Part shown: in pieces, positions 12,770 through 23,645 of the stretch
How the letters are laid out: each line of letters starts with the position of its first letter
Numbering within the stretch: the stretch's first letter is position 1
Assembly (NCBI RefSeq): GCF_044647545.1
Contig: NZ_CP172818.1
Reading direction: 5' to 3' (one strand)
DNA from: Escherichia coli
GTDB taxonomy: Bacteria; Pseudomonadota; Gammaproteobacteria; Enterobacterales; Enterobacteriaceae
Length of the DNA: 64,000 bases
Program-made: the position numbers and the translations under genes
Notes under the pieces: model-generated
Database searches by the model: none
What the model was told of the DNA's origin: nothing
The model's input: only the letters and a program-made list of their open reading frames with translations

Positions 12770-13800
12770 CATCAGAAATCGGCAAAGAGCTTAAATTGCC
12801 GATATCGCCGCACGTACCGGATTATCGCCGATACGGTTTCGCGGGTGCTGCTGGCAAAGCGAATACCAGTGCACGCGCTCGCGAACAGGCGCTGGCCTGC
12901 GCGTGAGTTGGGCGCGATGGATGGCATGGCAGCAGGTCATGTTGCTGAATACAACTCATCATTTTGCGCCGCAACGCGCGTTTGACCAACGATCTGATAT
13001 CTTTTATTACCTGGTGTGATCCAGCATCAGCAAAGCGTTATCGCCCGCATGAAGTGCGGCTGCGTTACTGCGTGTTAAGGTAGTTCTACAGCTGATCCCT
13101 GGCGTGATCTGGCGGCATGAATGAAGCAGATACGCAGGCGGCGATCCTGCTGGGGATCGACGATCCGCACATCCATGATCTGGCCGCCGATCGCTAAGCC
13201 TTGCGCTGATCGACTGCTGGTGATGAACGAATGCGCCTCCCGACGATTGCGCCGGACCATCGGTTAATCGGCGTGTCTGCCGCCCGCTATCTGTTTGAAA
13301 TGGGTCACCGGGAGGTGATGAACGTTATGTGCCTGCGCTCGGCCACACTATGGAGCAGCGGTTTGCAGGGATCAAAGAATCATGGCGTCAGCATAATCTG
13401 GCCTTTCACCATGACCGTCATTTGCTGAATATCAGCAGTTTTCTCAGCGCTAAAGAAGCGGAAGAAGGTCGGAGCGCGGCCTGATGCCGCCAATGGCAAT
13501 ACGTTGCCGACGGCGTTTCTGGTCGGCGGGGATTTTTATGGCGGCGGGAACGGTAAATGCGCTACATCGTCGTGGTCTGCGCGTACCACAGGATGTCTCG
13601 GTGATGAGTATCGATGGTCTTCAATCTTGCGGCAATCGAGGATGTTCCCGACGGCTGTGACGTGCCACGCGATCAGCTAAGGGTTAAGTGGTGCAAATGT
13701 TGCAACAGCGGCTGATTCGCCGGATGTCTGCGGTGGGCTCGCTGCTGCTGCACGGACGATTAGCGGTGCGGACGCGCGGCGGTTGCCCAGGAAAAGGGAA
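12770..13800 (+). pseudogene. Decayed LacI-family transcriptional regulator gene, multiple frameshifts
   Basis: HTH-like IADIAARTGLSP continues in another frame as DTVSRVLLAK...ARELG; the C-terminal region contains ...GLRVPQDVSVMSIDG..., typical of LacI/GalR effector domains, but split across frames with stops. Confidence 0.5.
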
Positions 13801-13833
13801 CACCGCCGTGGAACGGGAAGGGCTGTACGACAA

Positions 13834-15102
13834 TCATTCCATTCCCAGCGCTCGCTTACCGTGAATGTTGAGGTCGGCAAGCGTAAAGCGTCCTTCCCAG
13901 TTTGTTTCATAGTCCTCGCGCGGGAAGTCGCCCGGCGATGCGCCTTTTTCCAGTGCGGCCTTCACCTTGTGCGCGTAGGCAAGATTTTTCTCGCACATCG
14001 GTGCCGCAGGAATGTACATCACGTTGCCCCAACCCTGTTGATTTTCAACGGGGGCAACGGAATGGATGACGTCGCAGTGCCACCAGACGGAGTCTCCGGC
14101 TTCGAGTTGTGGAATGCTGGTTAATGCCTCAATCAACAGTGGATGCCATTGCTCTGATACCGGCAACACTCTTCCGGGCGCTACGCCGCACAGTTCATCC
14201 TCCGGCACATCATCAAGCAGCGGACGTAACAGCACGTACGCCATGGCTTCAGGAATGGGCACGACGTGCAGCAGTCCCTGACCAGGCAGCATATCAGAGA
14301 GCGCTGTCCAGCCCTGGAATGTCCGAAACACGGAACATTTGGTGGTGTTGTCCACCGTGTACTCTTCAACTTCTGTACGATGTGCCGCATGCCAGGGATC
14401 ATATTGCGCCAGATTGCCATTAAAGACGTTGGCGAAAACGCGCTGATACGCTGGAAGCAGCCAGCGTTCCAGTGCCCCGGAGTCGGTATGCGCTCCGAGA
14501 CCTTTGGAGGCCGTTCCGGGCGGACGGCGGCGGATACGGTCAGGGTAGATGACGCTCACATCCGGGTTAAACCATTGCTTTCCATCACTTTCAAATGTCC
14601 ACAGACGATTGAGAAACGACTGCGCATTCGCCATTTCTTCACTCTGGCGGGCCTGCATTTGCGCCTGCGACCAGTAGATGGGGTAAATCTCGGGACGTGA
14701 AGCGCTGAGCGTCCCGAAGAAATTATCGCCGGGGCCTTTGTAGACCTCATCAAAGCGGTTGCGGTCCAGATAGTCCAGCATCGACTGATCCCAGCCTAGC
14801 GCTTGTTCGCGGGGGAAATGGCCTTTTATCACCGCACAACCGCGACGTTTAATCTGTTCGCGTTGCTCTGCAGTAACATGACCTGCTTTGATATCGGCAT
14901 AAGACAGCACCGGCCAGACTGCATCGCCCTGTGCTTTGAGTGCGTTGATTTCAGCCACTCGCGTGGCAATGTCATCGCTTAGCTGATTAAAGATCTGCTG
15001 GACGTCGCCAAGCTGCGCCCGCAGCGCGTGCTTCATCTGACGGATAGCTGCTTTGTGATCGGCAGGCAATGTGTTGCTGGTAAAAGTAGAAGCCATAACC
15101 AC
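13834..15102 (-). CDS. ybiU: DUF1479 family protein
   Basis: 422-aa intact ORF matching YbiU; the true start may be a few codons inside (MASTFTS...). Confidence 0.9.
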   Translation of the reverse strand: MVMASTFTSNTLPADHKAAIRQMKHALRAQLGDVQQIFNQLSDDIATRVAEINALKAQGDAVWPVLSYADIKAGHVTAEQREQIKRRGCAVIKGHFPREQALGWDQSMLDYLDRNRFDEVYKGPGDNFFGTLSASRPEIYPIYWSQAQMQARQSEEMANAQSFLNRLWTFESDGKQWFNPDVSVIYPDRIRRRPPGTASKGLGAHTDSGALERWLLPAYQRVFANVFNGNLAQYDPWHAAHRTEVEEYTVDNTTKCSVFRTFQGWTALSDMLPGQGLLHVVPIPEAMAYVLLRPLLDDVPEDELCGVAPGRVLPVSEQWHPLLIEALTSIPQLEAGDSVWWHCDVIHSVAPVENQQGWGNVMYIPAAPMCEKNLAYAHKVKAALEKGASPGDFPREDYETNWEGRFTLADLNIHGKRALGME

Positions 15103-15247
15103 CTCGCATTAACTTTCATTCGAAACTATGCTGATTTGCATGTGACAATATAAGTTATAAATAAGTTAATGCAAGTTTAATGATTTGATGTGATGTACAG
15201 GATGTAAAAAGAAGGGAAAACCGGAGCGCATGGCTCCGGTAGAGAGG

Positions 15248-16063
15248 TCAGCTGTTAAAAGGGGATCTGTTATCCAGCACAGCCTGAATCACGTTCAGCG
15301 CGCCTTCATGATTATTATCATCGGTAGCATAACGGGCGATTTGTTTAATGTTTTCCGCAGCATTGCCCATCGCAAAGGAATAACGCGCCATTTTCAGCAT
15401 CTCCGCATCGTTACCGCTGTCGCCAATCGCTACCACATTTTGCGGTGACAGATCCCAGCGTTTCAGTAACCGCGAAATACCGTTTGCTTTATGTAGACCG
15501 GGAATAATCAGGTCGATAAAGCCAAAACCACTGGTGACGGGTTTCATAATGCCATCCAGCGCTATGTGCAGTTTGTCGATCACTAACGGGATTTGTTCAT
15601 CCGGCAGGTTGAGCGAAAACTTGAACAGTACGTCGTCAATCTCCTGATAATCTTTTACAGGTTTCAGGCGATGGTAGTGTTTTGCCATCAGTGCGACGAA
15701 TGCTTCGGGGGCATTTTCGCTGACATATGCACTTTGCAGACCGCAAGCGACAAAATTGAGTTGCTTATCTTTTAGCAACTCGCCAATAACAATCCGCGAT
15801 TCATGTCGGGTCAGTTCGCCGTGGAACAACTGCTTGCCATGTTCGTAAACCAGTGCGCCGTTTTCCGCGACAAAAGAGATCTCATCCTTTAGCTCAGGAA
15901 AGAACGAAATAAGCTGGTAATACTGATTACCGCTGGCGACAACGAACTCAATGCCGCGCTTTTTCAGTTCCTGATATTGCGCCATAAAACGTGGTTGGTT
16001 GTACGTTTTGGCGTCGTTAAGAAAAGTACCGTCCATGTCTGTGACGATAACTTTTACGCTCAT
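15248..16063 (-). CDS. ybiV: HAD-superfamily sugar phosphatase (Cof subfamily)
   Basis: 271-aa ORF with the HAD motif I (VTDMDGTFL); matches YbiV/SupH. Confidence 0.9.
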   Translation of the reverse strand: MSVKVIVTDMDGTFLNDAKTYNQPRFMAQYQELKKRGIEFVVASGNQYYQLISFFPELKDEISFVAENGALVYEHGKQLFHGELTRHESRIVIGELLKDKQLNFVACGLQSAYVSENAPEAFVALMAKHYHRLKPVKDYQEIDDVLFKFSLNLPDEQIPLVIDKLHIALDGIMKPVTSGFGFIDLIIPGLHKANGISRLLKRWDLSPQNVVAIGDSGNDAEMLKMARYSFAMGNAAENIKQIARYATDDNNHEGALNVIQAVLDNRSPFNS

Positions 16064-16208
16064 AGGTGTGCTCCTGGCTCGAAAATGAAACCGTAACAGT
16101 GTAATAACAATGTGACGCAGAGCACAAATTATATTTCGAATGAAAGCGAGGCTGAAATTGATGATGTGAATGATTTAGCCCGGCGACGACGACGCCGGGC
16201 TGAGGAGA

Positions 16209-18641
16209 TTACAGCATATGTTCAGTACGGGCGATGATATCGTCCTGAGCGTCTGGAGAGAGCGCGGTGAAGAAGGCGGAATAGCCCGCGACACGCACTA
16301 CCAGATCGCGGTACTGATCCGGATGTTTTTTCGCTTCCAGCAGCGTTTCGCGGGAAACGATGTTGTACTGAATATGCCAGCCTTTATGCACTTCAAAGAA
16401 GGTGCGTAGCAGGATCATCAGTTTCTGCTTGTCAGATTCGTTCTCCAGCGTTGCCGGATTCAGTTTCTGGTTGAGCAACACGCCGCCGAGAATCGCGGCC
16501 GTAGGCAGTTTACCCACCGAGCCAATGACCGCAGTAGGGCCAAGATGATCAGTACCGGAGGCCGGACTAGCTCCTTCTGCCAGCGGGGTATGCGCTTTAC
16601 GTCCGTCCGGCGTTGCCATCGTCTGCGCGCCAAAGGGTACGTTAGCGGAGATAGATGACGTACCCGCGTAATAATTGCCGCCAACCGGACCACGACCATA
16701 GCGCGGGTTATGGTACTGTTTTAGTTCGTCGATATAGGTCTGATAAGCGCGAGCCAGCAGCGTATCGACAGTATCATCGTCGTTGCCGTACTTAGGCGCA
16801 CCGTTAATCAGCCGCTGACGCAGCTGCTCGTGAGTCAGGCCGTCGAAGTCATCCGCCAGTGCGGCAGCCAGCTGTTGCTGACCAATCGCGCCCTGTTCAA
16901 ATACCAGTTTCTTCACTGCCGCCAGGCTGTTGCCGAGGTTAGCAATGCCGACCTGCAGGCCAGAAACCCAGTCATATTTCGCGCCGCCTTGCTTGATACT
17001 TTTCGCTCGCTCAATACAGTCATCCACCAGCGCCGAGCAGAGAATATCGTGTACGTTCTCTTCCAGCATGGTGTCGACGACATATTCGATTTCGATTGAT
17101 TTACGCGTGTAGTAACGGATTTGCGTATCCCATGCGTCCATTACTTCATCGAAGTTGTTGAAGTTACCCGCTGACAACGCTTTTTCTTGTGGCAGGAACA
17201 CTTTGCCGCTGGTGGCATCACGACCGCCTTCCAGCGCCGCCAGCATCACGCGGGCGAAGTTGATAAAGCTCATGCCGGTACAGCGATAGCCCCATTTGCC
17301 ACCGACGGCGGTTTCGATACAACCAATCGCTGCGTAGTCGTAAGCGTCCTGCGGTTCAATACCGAGTTTAATAAATTCCGGGATGACGATTTCATCGTTG
17401 TTGAACGCCGGCATCCCGAAACCACAGCGGATCACCTGAACACAGGCATCGAGGAAATCGTTACTCATACCCGCATGGTAACGCACGCTGAGGTTAGGCT
17501 GAGTCGAACGCAGGCGACCGCAGGATTCGAGGATCGCATAAGAGAGTGGATTTACCGCGTCCATCGGTTGACCATCAACCAGATTTTGCCCGCCAATGGT
17601 GACGTTCTGATACAGCGGACTTCCCGCAGAGGCTTTTGAGTGTGAGCCGGAGCGGATTTTGTTCACTTCCAGCAATTTCAACCAGCAGCTATGCAGCATC
17701 TCGATGGCGTGTTCGCGATCCAGTGTCTGGTTCAGTTCAACGTCACGGCGATAGTATGGATAGAGATACTGGTCCATACGACCAAAAGATACTGAGTGAC
17801 CGTTAGATTCGATCTGCAATATCAACTGGATGAAGTAACACAGTTGCAGCGCCTGCCAGAAAGTCTGCGGCGGTTGGTGGGCGATAAGATCGCAGTTTTC
17901 TGCCATCGCCAGCAGTTCATCGCGACGGCTTTCGCGGGTTTCGGTCGTGGCCATTTCACGCGCCAGGGCAGCGAAACGTTCAATGTGTTCACTGACTGCC
18001 ACCAGCACGATATCAATCGCTTTCAGGAATTGCTCGCCGTGCAGATCTTCCAGTACCGTCAGATTGATGCGCGAGCGACGTTCCGCCACTTTCTCACGCA
18101 GACCATCAAGCCCTTTTTCCAGCAGTAGCGGGAAATTCACCGCCAGGTGCGCATCGCCGGAGGTCATATTGCCCTCCGCTTTAATGATGCCGGTCGCCAG
18201 CAGACCTTTTTGCTCATCGGTAAACATGCCGTAGCAGCGATCCTGTACCGTCTGACCGCGCCACCACGGGCACACTTCATGCAGAACACGTTTGTTCTCC
18301 TCGCTCACCGCAAAACCAGCACCCGGACGATCTGCCAGATCATCAATCTCTTTTTCGATCCACGAGACGGTATATTCCGGGAAGATCGGCGCGGCGCGAA
18401 CCTCGCTTGCCTGGTTGCCGATGATCAACTCATCGTGCTTGATCCAGATGGTGCGATTCGCCAGGTGATGCGCCAGTGCCAGCGCGCGACGTACCGGGAT
18501 CGGCTTATCGAGATGTTGTTGATACATCTCGGTATAGTGCTGCGCGCGCTCGGTACAGACTGGTGGTTTCACAATATGCACCAGCGCATTTTTGTGCGCT
18601 TTAATGCGGTCGCTGAGCGTGTCCAGTTTCAGTGTGGTCAT
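16209..18641 (-). CDS. ybiW: Glycyl radical enzyme, pyruvate formate-lyase-like, substrate unknown
   Basis: 810-aa ORF with a C-terminal glycyl-radical motif (...VVRVAGYSAFF...) and a PFL-like fold; matches YbiW. Confidence 0.9.
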   Translation of the reverse strand: MTTLKLDTLSDRIKAHKNALVHIVKPPVCTERAQHYTEMYQQHLDKPIPVRRALALAHHLANRTIWIKHDELIIGNQASEVRAAPIFPEYTVSWIEKEIDDLADRPGAGFAVSEENKRVLHEVCPWWRGQTVQDRCYGMFTDEQKGLLATGIIKAEGNMTSGDAHLAVNFPLLLEKGLDGLREKVAERRSRINLTVLEDLHGEQFLKAIDIVLVAVSEHIERFAALAREMATTETRESRRDELLAMAENCDLIAHQPPQTFWQALQLCYFIQLILQIESNGHSVSFGRMDQYLYPYYRRDVELNQTLDREHAIEMLHSCWLKLLEVNKIRSGSHSKASAGSPLYQNVTIGGQNLVDGQPMDAVNPLSYAILESCGRLRSTQPNLSVRYHAGMSNDFLDACVQVIRCGFGMPAFNNDEIVIPEFIKLGIEPQDAYDYAAIGCIETAVGGKWGYRCTGMSFINFARVMLAALEGGRDATSGKVFLPQEKALSAGNFNNFDEVMDAWDTQIRYYTRKSIEIEYVVDTMLEENVHDILCSALVDDCIERAKSIKQGGAKYDWVSGLQVGIANLGNSLAAVKKLVFEQGAIGQQQLAAALADDFDGLTHEQLRQRLINGAPKYGNDDDTVDTLLARAYQTYIDELKQYHNPRYGRGPVGGNYYAGTSSISANVPFGAQTMATPDGRKAHTPLAEGASPASGTDHLGPTAVIGSVGKLPTAAILGGVLLNQKLNPATLENESDKQKLMILLRTFFEVHKGWHIQYNIVSRETLLEAKKHPDQYRDLVVRVAGYSAFFTALSPDAQDDIIARTEHML

Positions 18642-18646
18642 GGTTG

Positions 18647-19573
18647 TTATCCTCGTAAGGTCGCGGTTAACCCTTTCTGGCAGGCGTACTGCTGGGCAAA
18701 GTCGAGCAGTTCTGGCGCATCAAGCGGTTTTTCCGGGGCGTCATAGGGCAGATTAAGTAAGTGATATTTGTTGATGCCCAGCGTGTGGTAGGGCAGAAAA
18801 TGAATTTCGCCAACGTGCAGCTCGTCGGCGGCAAAATCGGTAATGGCTTTTACAGAGGTTTCGTCGGCATTAAAGCCCTGAATCAGCGGTACGCGGATAA
18901 TGATTTTTTTGCCCGCTGAGGCGAGTTTTTTCAGGTTATCCAGCACTCTGGCGGCGTTACCGTCGGTCCACTGTTTAAACGGCGCGTCGGCAACGTGTTT
19001 TAAATCGGCAAGAAACAGATCGATATAGGGCAGAGAAGGGGCGATATATTTCCACGGCACATGCAGACAGGTTTCTACCGCAGTATGAATGCCAGCCTCG
19101 TGGCTGGCTTGCAGTAGCGCCATCGCCATTTCCGGCTGCATAAACGGTTCACCGCCAGAAAGCGTTAAGCCGCCGCCGCTGCGATCGTAAAACGGTTTAT
19201 CGCGCAGAACGGTCGCCATGATCTCCTCAACGCTTTTCACTTCACCACACACGGTTAACGCCTGTGTCGGGCAGCAGTCGGTTAGCGCCGTCAGATGCTC
19301 CGGGGTTAACTTTTCCCGATGAATAAGCAAACCATTCAACGCGCGCTCAATCACGTCCGGCGCGGCCTTAGCGCACAGCTCACAGCCTTCCAGGCACAGA
19401 CGTGGGTCATACAGCAGATCCTGCGTGCGGGCGCGGCTTTCCGGGTTCTGACACCAGCGGCAGCCCAGCGAACAGCCTTTAAGAAATACGACCGTGCGGA
19501 TACCGGGGCCATCATGGGTCGAGTAGCGCTGAATATTGAAAATCATAGTTGCCTCTCTGTTTCGTTCAAACAT
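18647..19573 (-). CDS. ybiY: Glycyl radical enzyme activating enzyme (radical SAM)
   Basis: ORF contains the radical SAM CxxxCxxC cluster ([11 protein letters not shown]) and further Cys-rich ferredoxin-like motifs; lies immediately downstream of ybiW; an alternative start at MIFNIQ (19546) is possible. Confidence 0.85.
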   Translation of the reverse strand: MFERNREATMIFNIQRYSTHDGPGIRTVVFLKGCSLGCRWCQNPESRARTQDLLYDPRLCLEGCELCAKAAPDVIERALNGLLIHREKLTPEHLTALTDCCPTQALTVCGEVKSVEEIMATVLRDKPFYDRSGGGLTLSGGEPFMQPEMAMALLQASHEAGIHTAVETCLHVPWKYIAPSLPYIDLFLADLKHVADAPFKQWTDGNAARVLDNLKKLASAGKKIIIRVPLIQGFNADETSVKAITDFAADELHVGEIHFLPYHTLGINKYHLLNLPYDAPEKPLDAPELLDFAQQYACQKGLTATLRG

Positions 19574-19676
19574 TAAAATACTTTCGAATGAAAGTTAGAT
19601 TGATGTGCGTCAACTGTTCAGAGAGTTTTCCCGTGATAGTCTACATTCAGACAAAAAGTACATTTTGAGGATGGTT

Positions 19677-20339
19677 ATGGAACTGTATCTGGATACTTCA
19701 GACGTTGTTGCGGTGAAGGCGCTGTCACGTATTTTTCCGCTGGCGGGTGTGACCACTAACCCAAGCATTATCGCCGCGGGTAAAAAACCGCTGGAGGTTG
19801 TGCTTCCGCAACTTCACGAGGCGATGGGCGGTCAGGGGCGTCTGTTTGCCCAGGTAATGGCTACCACTGCCGAAGGGATGGTGAATGACGCGCTTAAGCT
19901 GCGTTCTATTATTGCGGATATCGTGGTGAAAGTTCCGGTGACCGCCGAGGGGCTGGCAGCGATTAAGATGTTAAAAGCGGAAGGGATTCCGACGCTGGGA
20001 ACCGCGGTATATGGCGCAGCACAAGGGCTACTGTCGGCGCTGGCAGGTGCGGAATATGTTGCGCCTTACGTTAATCGTATTGATGCTCAGGGCGGTAGCG
20101 GTATTCAGACTGTGACCGACTTACACCAGTTATTGAAAATGCATGCGCCGCAGGCGAAAGTGTTAGCCGCGAGTTTCAAAACCCCGCGTCAGGCGCTGGA
20201 CTGCTTACTGGCAGGATGTGAATCAATTACTCTGCCACTGGATGTGGCACAACAGATGATTAGCTATCCGGCGGTTGATGCCGCTGTGGCGAAGTTTGAG
20301 CAGGACTGGCAGGGAGCGTTTGGCAGAACGTCGATTTAA
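19677..20339 (+). CDS. fsaA: Fructose-6-phosphate aldolase 1
   Basis: ORF 19605..20339; the recognised FsaA N-terminus [32 protein letters not shown] begins at 19677 (220 aa). Confidence 0.9.
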   Translation: MELYLDTSDVVAVKALSRIFPLAGVTTNPSIIAAGKKPLEVVLPQLHEAMGGQGRLFAQVMATTAEGMVNDALKLRSIIADIVVKVPVTAEGLAAIKMLKAEGIPTLGTAVYGAAQGLLSALAGAEYVAPYVNRIDAQGGSGIQTVTDLHQLLKMHAPQAKVLAASFKTPRQALDCLLAGCESITLPLDVAQQMISYPAVDAAVAKFEQDWQGAFGRTSI

Positions 20340-20491
20340 CCGGACGTTCTGCATCCTCATCAATTGCTGATAACGTTGTGGAGTGCACCAAGCTTCCGCG
20401 CCTGAAATTCGCCCGAACTAGGCAGATAAGGTTACGCCGATTGGGTCTGAGAAAATTATCTGCCGCGACTTATCAGGCCTGGGGCTGGCAG

Positions 20492-21241
20492 TTACTGCCC
20501 GCACACCTCACACCCCGGATTACGCATCAGTTTCATTTCGCGAAACTGACAGGTCATCGCATCGTACATCACGATTTTTCCGCTGGCCGGTTTGCCATAA
20601 CCTGCCAGCAGTTTGATCGCTTCCATTGCCTGCAACGAACCAATTACGCCGATTAACGGTGCCATCACGCCTGCTTCTACGCAGGTTAACGCGTTCTCGC
20701 CAAACAAACGGCTAAGGCAGCGATAGCACGGTTCGCCGTCCTGATAAGTGAAGACCGTGATTTGCCCTTCCATACGAATTGCCGCGCCGGAAACCAGCGG
20801 CACCTTCGCGGCAAAACAGCCTGCGTTCAGTTGATTACGTACTGCAACGTTATCCGTACAGTCGAGCACCAGATCGTGTTTTGCAATCATCGCAGCAAGT
20901 TCAGCGTCATCAAGCAGTGCATTGACTGGCGTAATCGCGATATGTGGGTTGATCCGCGTCAGGGCGTCACGGGCGGATTTCACCTTCGGTTGCCCGACCG
21001 TGGCATCGCTGTGCAGCGTCTGGCGTTGCAGATTCGAGAGCGAAACCGTGTCGAAGTCGAGCAGCGTCAGGTTGCCGACACCGGCGCTTGCCAGATACTG
21101 CGAAGCTGCGCAGCCGAGTCCACCGAGGCCGACGATCAGCACACGAGAATCTTTTAGCGCCTCCTGACCGTCAAAATCAAAACCGCGCAGAATGATTTGC
21201 CGGTTGTAGCGCAGCATCTCCTGATCGCTGAGTTCCGCCAT
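20492..21241 (-). CDS. moeB: Molybdopterin-synthase adenylyltransferase
   Basis: 249-aa ThiF/MoeB-type E1-like ORF (GLGGLGCAASQYLASAGVG nucleotide-binding motif, C-terminal CxxC). Confidence 0.95.
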   Translation of the reverse strand: MAELSDQEMLRYNRQIILRGFDFDGQEALKDSRVLIVGLGGLGCAASQYLASAGVGNLTLLDFDTVSLSNLQRQTLHSDATVGQPKVKSARDALTRINPHIAITPVNALLDDAELAAMIAKHDLVLDCTDNVAVRNQLNAGCFAAKVPLVSGAAIRMEGQITVFTYQDGEPCYRCLSRLFGENALTCVEAGVMAPLIGVIGSLQAMEAIKLLAGYGKPASGKIVMYDAMTCQFREMKLMRNPGCEVCGQ

Positions 21242-22476
21242 TACAGGCCTCCGAACAACGCGTTAAACGGTTCTACTTCCACCCATTCGCCCACTTCCAC
21301 ATTGCCGCGATCGCGTTCCAGCACGATAAAGCAGTTGCCGAGGCTAAAGGAGCTAAATATATGTGAACCCTGATGTCCGGTGGTCGTCACTTCCAGTTCG
21401 CCATCGGCGTTGCGTTGCAGCACGCCGCGCTGGAAATCAAGGCGTCCTGGCGATTTCTTCAGAGGCGATGCCGTGCGCACACGCTGGCGCGCGGGCAGGC
21501 CGCTGGCGGTATTGCCGCTTAGTTTTGCCAGCAAAGGCTGTACCAGTTGATAGAAGGTCAGCGTTGCTGAAACCGGGTTGCCCGGCAGGCCGCAGAACCA
21601 GCTATTGCTGAGTTTACCGAACGCGAACGGTTTACCTGGTTTAATCGCCAGCTTCCAGAAGGCGATCTCCCCCAGCTCTTCAAGAATGGTTTTGGTGTAA
21701 TCCGCTTCACCCACTGAAACACCGCCGGAACTGATCACCACATCCGCCTGGCTGTCGGCTTCAATAAATGCGGCGCGCAGGGCATGGGGATCGTCGCGGA
21801 TAATCCCTAAGTTGATTACCTCGCATCCCAACTGTTCTAACATCAGGTGTACGGCGAGACGGTTGGTATCGTAGATTTGGCCGTCGCCCAGCGGCTGGCC
21901 TGGCAACTGGAGTTCATCACCGGTAGAAAACAGCGCTACACGCACTTTACGAATCACCGGAACTTCGGCAATCCCCAGTGAAGCAATTACTGGCAGCTCT
22001 GCGGTAGTCAGGCGAGTCCCCGCCGGGAAAACAACCGCACCTGCAGAGATATCTTCACCGCGACGGCGAATATTTTGCCCGCTACGCACTTCAGCAGTAA
22101 AACGCACGCCATTGTCCGTTTGTTCAGTCTGCTCCTGCATCACCACCGCTTCGCAGCCTTCCGGCACCGGCGCACCGGTCATAATACGAATGCAGGTACC
22201 CGCAGGCCATTCACCATGGTACGGCTGACCGGCAAAGGATTTACCGGCAACGGGCAGCGGTTGCCCGGAGGCAATATCGGCTAAACGCACCGCGTAGCCG
22301 TCCATAGCGGAGTTATCAAACCCCGGGACATCCAGTGGCGAAACGACATCGCTCGCCAGAATACGACCAAAACACTGAACCAGTGGCAGCGTTTCCTGGG
22401 CGGTCAGTGGGGTAACGCGAGAAAGCATCTCATTAAGCGCGGTGTCGAGCGACATCAATCCGGTGGTAAATTCCAT
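21241..22476 (-). CDS. moeA: Molybdopterin molybdenumtransferase
   Basis: 411-aa ORF matching MoeA; its stop overlaps the moeB start (moeAB operon). Confidence 0.95.
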   Translation of the reverse strand: MEFTTGLMSLDTALNEMLSRVTPLTAQETLPLVQCFGRILASDVVSPLDVPGFDNSAMDGYAVRLADIASGQPLPVAGKSFAGQPYHGEWPAGTCIRIMTGAPVPEGCEAVVMQEQTEQTDNGVRFTAEVRSGQNIRRRGEDISAGAVVFPAGTRLTTAELPVIASLGIAEVPVIRKVRVALFSTGDELQLPGQPLGDGQIYDTNRLAVHLMLEQLGCEVINLGIIRDDPHALRAAFIEADSQADVVISSGGVSVGEADYTKTILEELGEIAFWKLAIKPGKPFAFGKLSNSWFCGLPGNPVSATLTFYQLVQPLLAKLSGNTASGLPARQRVRTASPLKKSPGRLDFQRGVLQRNADGELEVTTTGHQGSHIFSSFSLGNCFIVLERDRGNVEVGEWVEVEPFNALFGGL

Positions 22477-22679
22477 GAAAACACTCCTGCGGAGGCAAAA
22501 TCGAATTTGCCTATTATGTCAGAAAAACGCCACAGACTGTATGCCACCTCGGGCGTAGCGTTGGCTCCTGCCTTTACATGCCATATCCATCTTTCTATAT
22601 TCAAAAATTGAATGAGTAATTCATAAAAATTCTGATATTTATAGCAAAAGTGGCGAGCCACCCTTAATGGACGAATACT

Positions 22680-23645
22680 ATGGGCAAAGCAGTCATTGCA
22701 ATTCATGGTGGCGCAGGTGCAATTAGCCGCGCGCAGATGAGTCTGCAACAGGAATTACGCTACATCGAGGCGCTGTCTGCCATTGTTGAAACCGGGCAGA
22801 AAATGCTGGAAGCGGGCGAAAGTGCGCTGAATGTGGTGACGGAAGCGGTGCGTCTGCTGGAAGAGTGTCCACTGTTTAACGCCGGAATTGGCGCTGTCTT
22901 TACGCGTGATGAAACCCATGAACTGGACGCCTGTGTGATGGATGGTAACACCCTGAAAGCCGGTGCGGTGGCGGGCGTTAGTCATCTGCGTAATCCGGTT
23001 CTTGCCGCCCGACTGGTGATGGAGCAAAGCCCGCATGTGATGATGATTGGCGAAGGGGCAGAAAATTTTGCGTTTGCTCATGGCATGGAGCGCGTCTCAC
23101 CGGAGATTTTCTCCACGCCTTTGCGTTATGAACAACTACTGGCAGCGCGCGAGGAAGGGGCAACAGTCCTCGACCATAGCGGTGCGCCACTGGATGAAAA
23201 ACAGAAAATGGGCACCGTGGGGGCCGTGGCGTTGGATTTAGACGGCAATCTGGCGGCAGCCACGTCCACGGGCGGAATGACCAATAAATTACCCGGACGA
23301 GTTGGCGATAGTCCCTTAGTGGGTGCCGGATGCTACGCCAATAACGCCAGTGTGGCAGTTTCTTGTACCGGCACGGGCGAAGTCTTCATCCGCGCGCTGG
23401 CGGCATATGACATCGCCGCGTTAATGGATTACGGCGGATTAAGTCTCGCGGAAGCCTGCGAGCGGGTAGTAATGGAAAAACTCCCTGCGCTTGGCGGTAG
23501 CGGTGGCTTAATCGCTATCGACCATGAAGGGAATGTCGCGCTACCGTTTAACACCGAAGGAATGTATCGCGCCTGGGGCTACGCAGGCGATACGCCAACC
23601 ACCGGTATCTACCGTGAAAAAGGGGACACCGTTGCCACACAGTGA
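22680..23645 (+). CDS. iaaA: Isoaspartyl dipeptidase / L-asparaginase (Ntn hydrolase)
   Basis: 321-aa ORF with the autoproteolytic GTVGAVALD motif; matches IaaA (YbiK). Confidence 0.9.
   Translation: MGKAVIAIHGGAGAISRAQMSLQQELRYIEALSAIVETGQKMLEAGESALNVVTEAVRLLEECPLFNAGIGAVFTRDETHELDACVMDGNTLKAGAVAGVSHLRNPVLAARLVMEQSPHVMMIGEGAENFAFAHGMERVSPEIFSTPLRYEQLLAAREEGATVLDHSGAPLDEKQKMGTVGAVALDLDGNLAAATSTGGMTNKLPGRVGDSPLVGAGCYANNASVAVSCTGTGEVFIRALAAYDIAALMDYGGLSLAEACERVVMEKLPALGGSGGLIAIDHEGNVALPFNTEGMYRAWGYAGDTPTTGIYREKGDTVATQ

Noticed and set aside
10553-13833. Possibility that the ybiT-ybiU insert is an active novel sugar-utilisation or defence system
   Set aside because: Every component is interrupted by multiple frame breaks and the hydrolase is 3'-truncated; no intact ORF over about 155 aa. 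The evidence supports a relic, not a functional system.
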